From the NCBI RefSeq assembly GCF_009914755.1, contig NC_060932.1: DNA of 64,000 nucleotides. One strand, given 5' to 3'. Numbering within the stretch: position 1 is the first letter of the stretch; every line of letters starts with the position of its first letter. This stretch comes from the human T2T-CHM13v2.0 reference genome, Homo sapiens. The position numbers and the translations under genes were made by a program. A model generated the notes under the pieces. That model was not told the origin of the DNA. It saw nothing but the letters and a program-made list of their open reading frames with translations, and ran no database searches. Shown here piece after piece: positions 57,281 to 64,000 of the stretch.

Positions 57281-58631
57281 TAAAGCTGGGCCCACTCAGC
57301 ACGCCCCACACAGGGATTCTGAAATGGGAGCAGGGTCCACCAAAACTCTGCTTTTCAGAGAGCTCACACCCTAGGGGAGTATAAAAGTGACGAGGACACT
57401 GGAGCTGGCAGGCAAGACCCAGGATGCCAAAATTAGGGCCCCTAAACACAGCAGGGAGGGTGAGCTATCCTCTTGTGAGGTGGGAGGAGGGTCTCCGTGA
57501 GCAGGGCTCTTCTTGGGCCAAACCTGGATCATGAGGAGGAGGGAGAGATGCTGAATATGACATGTCATTCAAAGTGCTGTCTGGAAATTTGAGTTCGTTT
57601 CTTCAGTAGAGGCAGCACAGGTTAATCAGACAAACCAGCCATCAACAGGCTTCCTTTGAGGAGCTTGGTAAGAATGGAAAACCCAGGGCTGAGGGGCTTA
57701 CAGAGCTTACAGAGCAGCACAGTATCAGGGGCCCAAGGCACCAGGAGCTCCTCTGGAAATTGGCGGGAACAGCTGGAGCAAAGCCGAGGTGATGGTACCC
57801 CTGGTGGCGGGACGGCAGCGACCCTCCATGGTATAAGGAGTGGTGAGACCCCAAGGGACAGTGTGCAAGGACTCTGATGGCAGCAACACTCCTCTAGGAG
57901 CTGATGAGAAAGGCCTGGAATCCCAAGATGCACCCCTGAGGTTCAACTCCTACCCTGATCATCTCCTCCAAGATTCTGTGACCTGGGGAAGTCAACAGTA
58001 CATTTCAACACCTATGATGTCAGCATGTGAATGACATTCCAATGCTGCTCATGGGGTCACCCCTGCAAAGGTGAACTCAGTGGAAAGACCTTGCCAAACC
58101 GGAAGGAAAACAGGATACTTTTCTCCAAAATACTCATTCAATAAATATTTGCTTAGGCATTACAAAGACAAATAAGACTTGCCCCTACCTGTTAGAGGTA
58201 TGTATGTCGAGAAAAGGAAGGAGTGATTCAATAAGAGAAACAGCATTCAGGGAAGAGAAAGAAGGAAGACATAAAAATTCAGGTCATATTAGAATAATAT
58301 ATATAACAATGAGTTTGGCTATATTTCAGAATTTTCCCAAAATATTTCTTTCAAATTTGATTGACATTCTAAACTATTTAGCTTGATATAAATGAGATCT
58401 TTGTGTACCCTCAGCAGGAACTGCATTTTAGCTGGTTTTAAATCTCAACAATCACTTTCCTGCCTTGGAGAAGGTATGAACCAGGCTGTTTATGTAGAAT
58501 CCAGGTGGGTTTGAGAGCAGCTTCAGCTGAATGGAGAGTGACAGGGAGGCTGAGGAAGGGAGGGAGGGGACCCATGGGCTGTCATACCCGGGGACTTAGG
58601 AAGGCTCTTGCTCTTGCTGGAAGGGTTGCAA

Positions 58632-58673
58632 ATCCCTAAACCAAGTAATCCCATCCCTAAACCAAGTAATCCC
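58632..58673. repeat. 21-bp perfect tandem duplication
   Basis: atccctaaaccaagtaatccc x2. Confidence 0.9.
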
Positions 58674-58742
58674 ATTAAAACATGAAACATCCAGAGTAAA
58701 ATTAAGTTTAGAATACTATTTGCAAAGCCAAACATAGTCTTA

Positions 58743-59129
<387 letters not shown>

Positions 59130-59138
59130 CTACACACA

Positions 59139-59430
<292 letters not shown>

Positions 59431-59843
59431 CCTGCACACAAATATTCATGGTAGCTTTATTCATACTTGCCAAAACCTGGAAGCAACCAAGATGTCCTTC
59501 AATAGGTGAATGGGTAAATAAACTGTGGTACATCCAGACAATGCAATATTATTTGGTGATTAAAAAAAAAGAAATGAGTTAAAATCTTGGATTTCTTTTT
59601 TTTAAATGAGTTATAAAGCCACAGAAAGACCTTAAATACATATTGTTAAGTGAAAGAAGCCAGCCTGCAAAGCTACATCTATACATGACTGTATGACATT
59701 CTAGAAAAGGCAAAACTATAGAGACAGTGAAAACATCAGTGATTGCCAGGGGTTAAGAGGGAAGGAAGGATGAAAAGGCAGAGGACAGAGGATTTTAAGG
59801 CCGGTGAAACAATTCTATATCATACCAGAATGGTGGATATATG

Positions 59844-60472
59844 GGCTGGGGCTCAGAAAACAATACCCCCAAATGAATGCCTCAGAAGCAAAAGTTTCTC
59901 CTGCCCTCCCATCCCTGACCTCATTCTCCCCCAAGGTTAGCCATAGAAACCAGAAGTCCTCTTTCCCAAGGTGGGTCATAGAAACTTCCAAACCCCTTTT
60001 CCCCAAAGCCAGTCATAAAACCTAAAAATATGACTCTAACTTCCACCCCCACCCCACCACCTTTCTGTGTAAAAATGTGTCATAAGGAAATCATCTAACC
60101 TGCCTTGTTTGGTTGTCGGTCGTAAGACCCCCATTCGAGAGAGGGCCCTGCCCCGTACCCAGCAGGAAGCAATGCTGCCCAGAGAGGCCACGAGGAATCT
60201 AGACAGGGCTTGCTGGGGGGCCCCACTCACTCTATGAGCATTAGCTCATTCCCTTTTTTGTCCAATCACATTTCTAAATATTTTGTTGCACCTAAGCTTA
60301 AAAGTGGGCAGAGTCCCCTGCATCTCTGGGTCTTCGTTCTGAAGGCTCCCCTGTCATGTAACACTATGACCAAATAGATGTGTGTGCCTTTTCTCCTATT
60401 CATCTGCCTTTTGTCTGTTAATTTTCAGTGAAACTTCAGAGGGTGAAGGGGAAGTTTTCCTTGGCCCCTACA
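59844..60472 (+). mobile_element. MER39-like ERV1 solo LTR
   Basis: ggggctcagaaaacaatacccc...cctcagaagc at the start; cttcagagggtgaaggggaagttttccttggcccctaca at the end. Confidence 0.8.
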
Positions 60473-60859
60473 CGTGTCATTACAAACCCATAGAATGTAC
60501 AATGCCAAGAGTGGACCTTAGTGCAAGCCAGGGACATTAGTCAGTAATAATGTTCCACGCTGACGCACAAATGAAAGTTATTTTATTTGTGTGAACAGGA
60601 GAGCTGACATGGTCTGTATTGATATCTCCTGGGCAGGGAGGTGGTGAGCACGGCCCCAGAATTCTGAACTGCCAGGAGCCAGGCAGCTTTGCATCCTGGA
60701 GCTTGGCCAATTCAGCCGCCCAAGTTCTGGCCATGGGTCTGCAGCCCCCTGGCCCTTGCCTGCATAAGCAGGAGATGAATGAGAGGAAGCAGAACTCACA
60801 CAGGAGGCAGGAGGAAGCCACCAGGAAGCTCACTGGCTCCAGGGGCAGCAGATCTGGGA

Positions 60860-61020
60860 TGGGGTCCCAGTTCTCTCCTTCCTCATTCATGAAATGGGGC
60901 AATAACAGTACTTACTTCATTGGAGGTTCTTGGAGGGAATAAAAGAGATATTAGTTAAAGGCATGGAGCACAGTCCCTGGCACACTGAAAAAGTTTCATA
61001 AATGTTACCAATTAATTGTT
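60860..61020 (+). mobile_element. MIR
   Basis: ttcctcattcatgaaatggggcaataacagtacttac. Confidence 0.7.
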
Positions 61021-61474
61021 TGTATTATATAATGTCTTCCTGATAGGTTTTTGGGAAGGAATAAATCAAAGGTGAGAAAATATATACAAAAACCTGACTG
61101 AGCGAGAACATAGCTTACACACAAGAAGTGGCAGCTTGGTGAGCACACTGCTATGTCATGTTGTGCCTAGTCATGACATAGCCAAGGACTGATACAGGCG
61201 CTCCCATAACCCATGGATGGATTCCTGCTGGACTCTATTCATGAAGGTTCTGATTCTAATTTTTTTAAATCCATGGATAAAACAGCTACCAGAAAATCCC
61301 ATTTGGGTTTGCATGTTGTTCTTTGGCTTCAGTGGACAGCAATCATATCAGTTGCATTTCCCGAGCTAGAGCTCTGAGGCTTAGTCATCCCCCTCCCTGG
61401 CTGGCTTCCATGCTGTCTGCAGTGGGAGCATCTTTTATGAGATGACAGGAGGGGACTTCATGGATGTGCAGCCT

Positions 61475-61517
61475 GGGCTGCTGGTACTGCCGGGGCTGCT
61501 GGTACTGCTGGGACTGC
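61475..61517. repeat. 18-bp tandem repeat (~2.4 copies)
   Basis: gggctgctggtactgc(c/t)g x2 plus a partial copy. Confidence 0.8.
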
Positions 61518-62499
61518 AGGAGAGGGATGGTTTCTATTAATCCTCACAATGGGAGGGTCCAGTGGGCTGTCACAGCACAGGCAGGGAATCACAGGCCTCC
61601 CTGGGTGACCAGCTGTCCTGGCTGCTACCAGATTCGGACTCCAGCAGGCTTTCCCTGGGGGCAGAGATGACCTTGATCTCTGGGCAGCTAGGCTTCATGT
61701 CCTTGATATTTGTGGCCCTGCATTGTTGGGGCACAGGATGCAGAGCTGGGGATGACTGAGCTTAAACTCCTGCTGCTATGGAGGGCTGCCTCCTTGCCCT
61801 GAATGCCCTGGGAGCCCTTTTAAAAACACAGGTCCAAGGAGTGATAACATGAGGGGCAGCACCTCTGGCCCCTGAGAGAGAAACTTGTCCAGTGATATGT
61901 GCACAAGCAACATCTCCAGGCATTCCTTCCAGACAAGGCAAGAGGCCCCCCCAGGTGTGATATGTTAGCTACACATGGGCTTGGTCTGTACTGCAAATGT
62001 GTACTCAGTGATGGGGCCATTAGATATTTGGTTTCTACATTGCTGCGATGAAAATTTACAAAGAACGTTCATGGGGAAACCAGCTCCCATCCATGGGCAG
62101 CAGAGGAATGTTGTCCAAGACTTACATGGACAGGTAAGACTAAGGTCTCATCCCATACTCAGCAGTTCTGTGACCTTTTACAGAACATAGGGAGGCAAGA
62201 AGGGAAATGAGCCTTAGTTAGCCTCAGGGAGAACCAAGCCAGGTCTGTTTAGGGTCACCACCTTCACTGAACTGCCCTCCACTGGAGGCTAGGAACTGCA
62301 GGACATGAGTTCAACATCAAAATAGTAAAAATAGTGGCAAATGTTTAGCAGTGTTTGCAACATATCAGGTGTCACAGCAACCTCTGCAGGAGAGGTGAGC
62401 AGGGCTAATATTTAGCAGGTGCACCCTTGTACTGGCTGCCTGCCATTTAATAGGTTAGTGCCTCAGCTGGTTATTGAATATTTTCAACATCGGCCCAGG

Positions 62500-62630
62500 G
62501 TACTAAGATTAGTTCCCATTTTACTGATTAGGAAATCGAGGTTAAGAGAGGGTAGCCGACTTGCCTGAGATCACACAGCCTCGTGTGTGGCAGAGCCTTA
62601 GATTCCAAGCCAGGCTGTCTGATGCCAGAC
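62500..62630 (-). mobile_element. MIR
   Basis: cccattttactgattaggaaatcgagg...acttgcctgagatcacacagc. Confidence 0.7.
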
Positions 62631-63039
62631 CTTCACAGCTATCCTATGCTTCCATGGCACCCTGGACTTCCCCTTGGAGCACTTGCCAGTGAAACAAACA
62701 TGCCCTGGAGAAATGCCTGGGTGAGTGTGCCTTCTTCCTTGCACAGAGACGGGCCTCTTGCACCCTCTACTTTCCTACTGTGGCTGGGGTGAGGTGGCGG
62801 GTAGAAGGGCGTGGGTTGTAGCTCACTGTCTTCTTCAGGAGTCCCACAGTGGGTAGGAGCACCAGCTGTTCAACAAGAGAAGACCATTAGGCTTCAGGAG
62901 GGAGAGGAAGTTTTTTTGGGAATGAGAGGACCAAGAGAAATGAGGCACAGGAGAGATCGGCCCCAAGGCTTGTCCTGAAAAAAGAACATCATCTTCTTCT
63001 AAGGTCCCGAGCGTGGGATTTATCTGACACATTCTTCCA

Positions 63040-63250
63040 CATGCTTATTGCAGGAGGAGCGTTGTGTTAAGTGCTTTGCATGCATTAATTATCTCATTTA
63101 AACCAAAACCAACCCAGTGTGGCTGAGTGACTATATGATGTCCATTTTACAGATGAGGAAAGGGAGGCTGAGAGAGCTTAAAGGACACACCACTTTTGAG
63201 TGGCAGAGCTAGGATGCAAACCAGACCTGACTGCTGTTAAAGCTTGTGAT
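63040..63250 (-). mobile_element. MIR
   Basis: ccattttacagatgaggaaagggaggctgagagag. Confidence 0.75.
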
Positions 63251-63559
63251 GTTTGTAGTCATTCTTCTATACTGTACCCTCATAGGAAGTTCAAAAACAG
63301 AGAGGGTGGGATTTGGTCTTTGGCTTTTGTTTAAATGTATGTTTTTATAGATATATTTCCTTAGCCCATGCTATGAACCAGGAGTTTCCATTTGTTTATT
63401 TAACTGATTTATTAAGCCTTTTTAGGGGCCAGCCCAGGTTCTGGGCACAAGCTGGAGAAGGAGAGCTGCTGCGGTCCCTAACTCATGCCTCTTGCGGCAG
63501 TGGGTGGGTGTGAAGAGGGAGGAGGGGAGGAGGTGGTGAGAAGTCTGCTTCACATTATT

Positions 63560-63778
63560 CAGAGTTTCCTGTGAGCCAGGCACTGTGCCTGGGGCTAAGT
63601 GATTATATCATTTAGCCCTCCCAATAGACTCTCAGGTAGACGCTCTCTTATTTCCACTTTTTTCCATTTACAGATGGGGAAATGAAGACTTAAGAAACTT
63701 AGGTAATCTGCCCAAAGGCTTATAGCCAATACATGGTAAAGCTGAGATGTGAACTCAAGTATCTGACTCCAAAGCCTG
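63560..63778 (-). mobile_element. MIR
   Basis: gccaggcactgtgc...ttacagatggggaaatgaag...tctgactccaaagcc. Confidence 0.75.
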
Positions 63779-63801
63779 GGTTTTTTCTCTTTCTCTCTCT
63801 C

Positions 63802-64000
63802 TTTTTTTTTTTTTTTTGAGACAGGGTCTCACTCCTTCACCCAGTCTGGAGTGCAGTGACATGGTCATAACTCACTGTAACCTCAAACTCCTGGGCTCAA
63901 GTGATCCTCCTTTCTCAGCCTCCTGAGTAGCTGGGACTACAGGCACACACTTTTATGCCTGGATAATTTTTGTACTTTTTTTGTAGACAGGGTCTTACTG
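63802..64000 (-). mobile_element. AluJ, running off the window
   Basis: Poly-T followed by gagacagggtctcac. Confidence 0.9.

Overview
This is primate (human-like) genomic DNA. It contains AluJ, AluS and AluY elements, is CpG-depleted and has no CpG island. I found no recognisable protein-coding exon, RNA gene or CRISPR array, and I cannot name the locus. The long ORFs in the track come from Alu/L1/LTR sequence or low-complexity repeats. Much of the window is interspersed repeat: about 25 Alus, many MIR/L2, L1M/L1PB pieces, MaLR LTRs (MLT1, THE1), ERVL/ERV1 LTRs (LTR16-, LTR33-, MER39-like) and DNA transposons (Tigger3, MER30, MER1B, MER5), with several nested insertions that keep readable target-site duplications (TSDs). 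Two signals stand out. (1) A 60-bp TG...CA element with perfect 20-bp terminal inverted repeats and a 5-bp TSD sits inside an AluS at 12465-12524; it looks like a minimal integrase/transposase substrate. (2) Two RFX X-box sites (2782, 22197) are each followed by a strong GTAAGA donor, and further + strand splice sites outline a possible cilia/testis-type spliced lncRNA or set of 5'UTR exons. Repeat family names come from recognising consensus sequences by eye, and most repeat boundaries are approximate.
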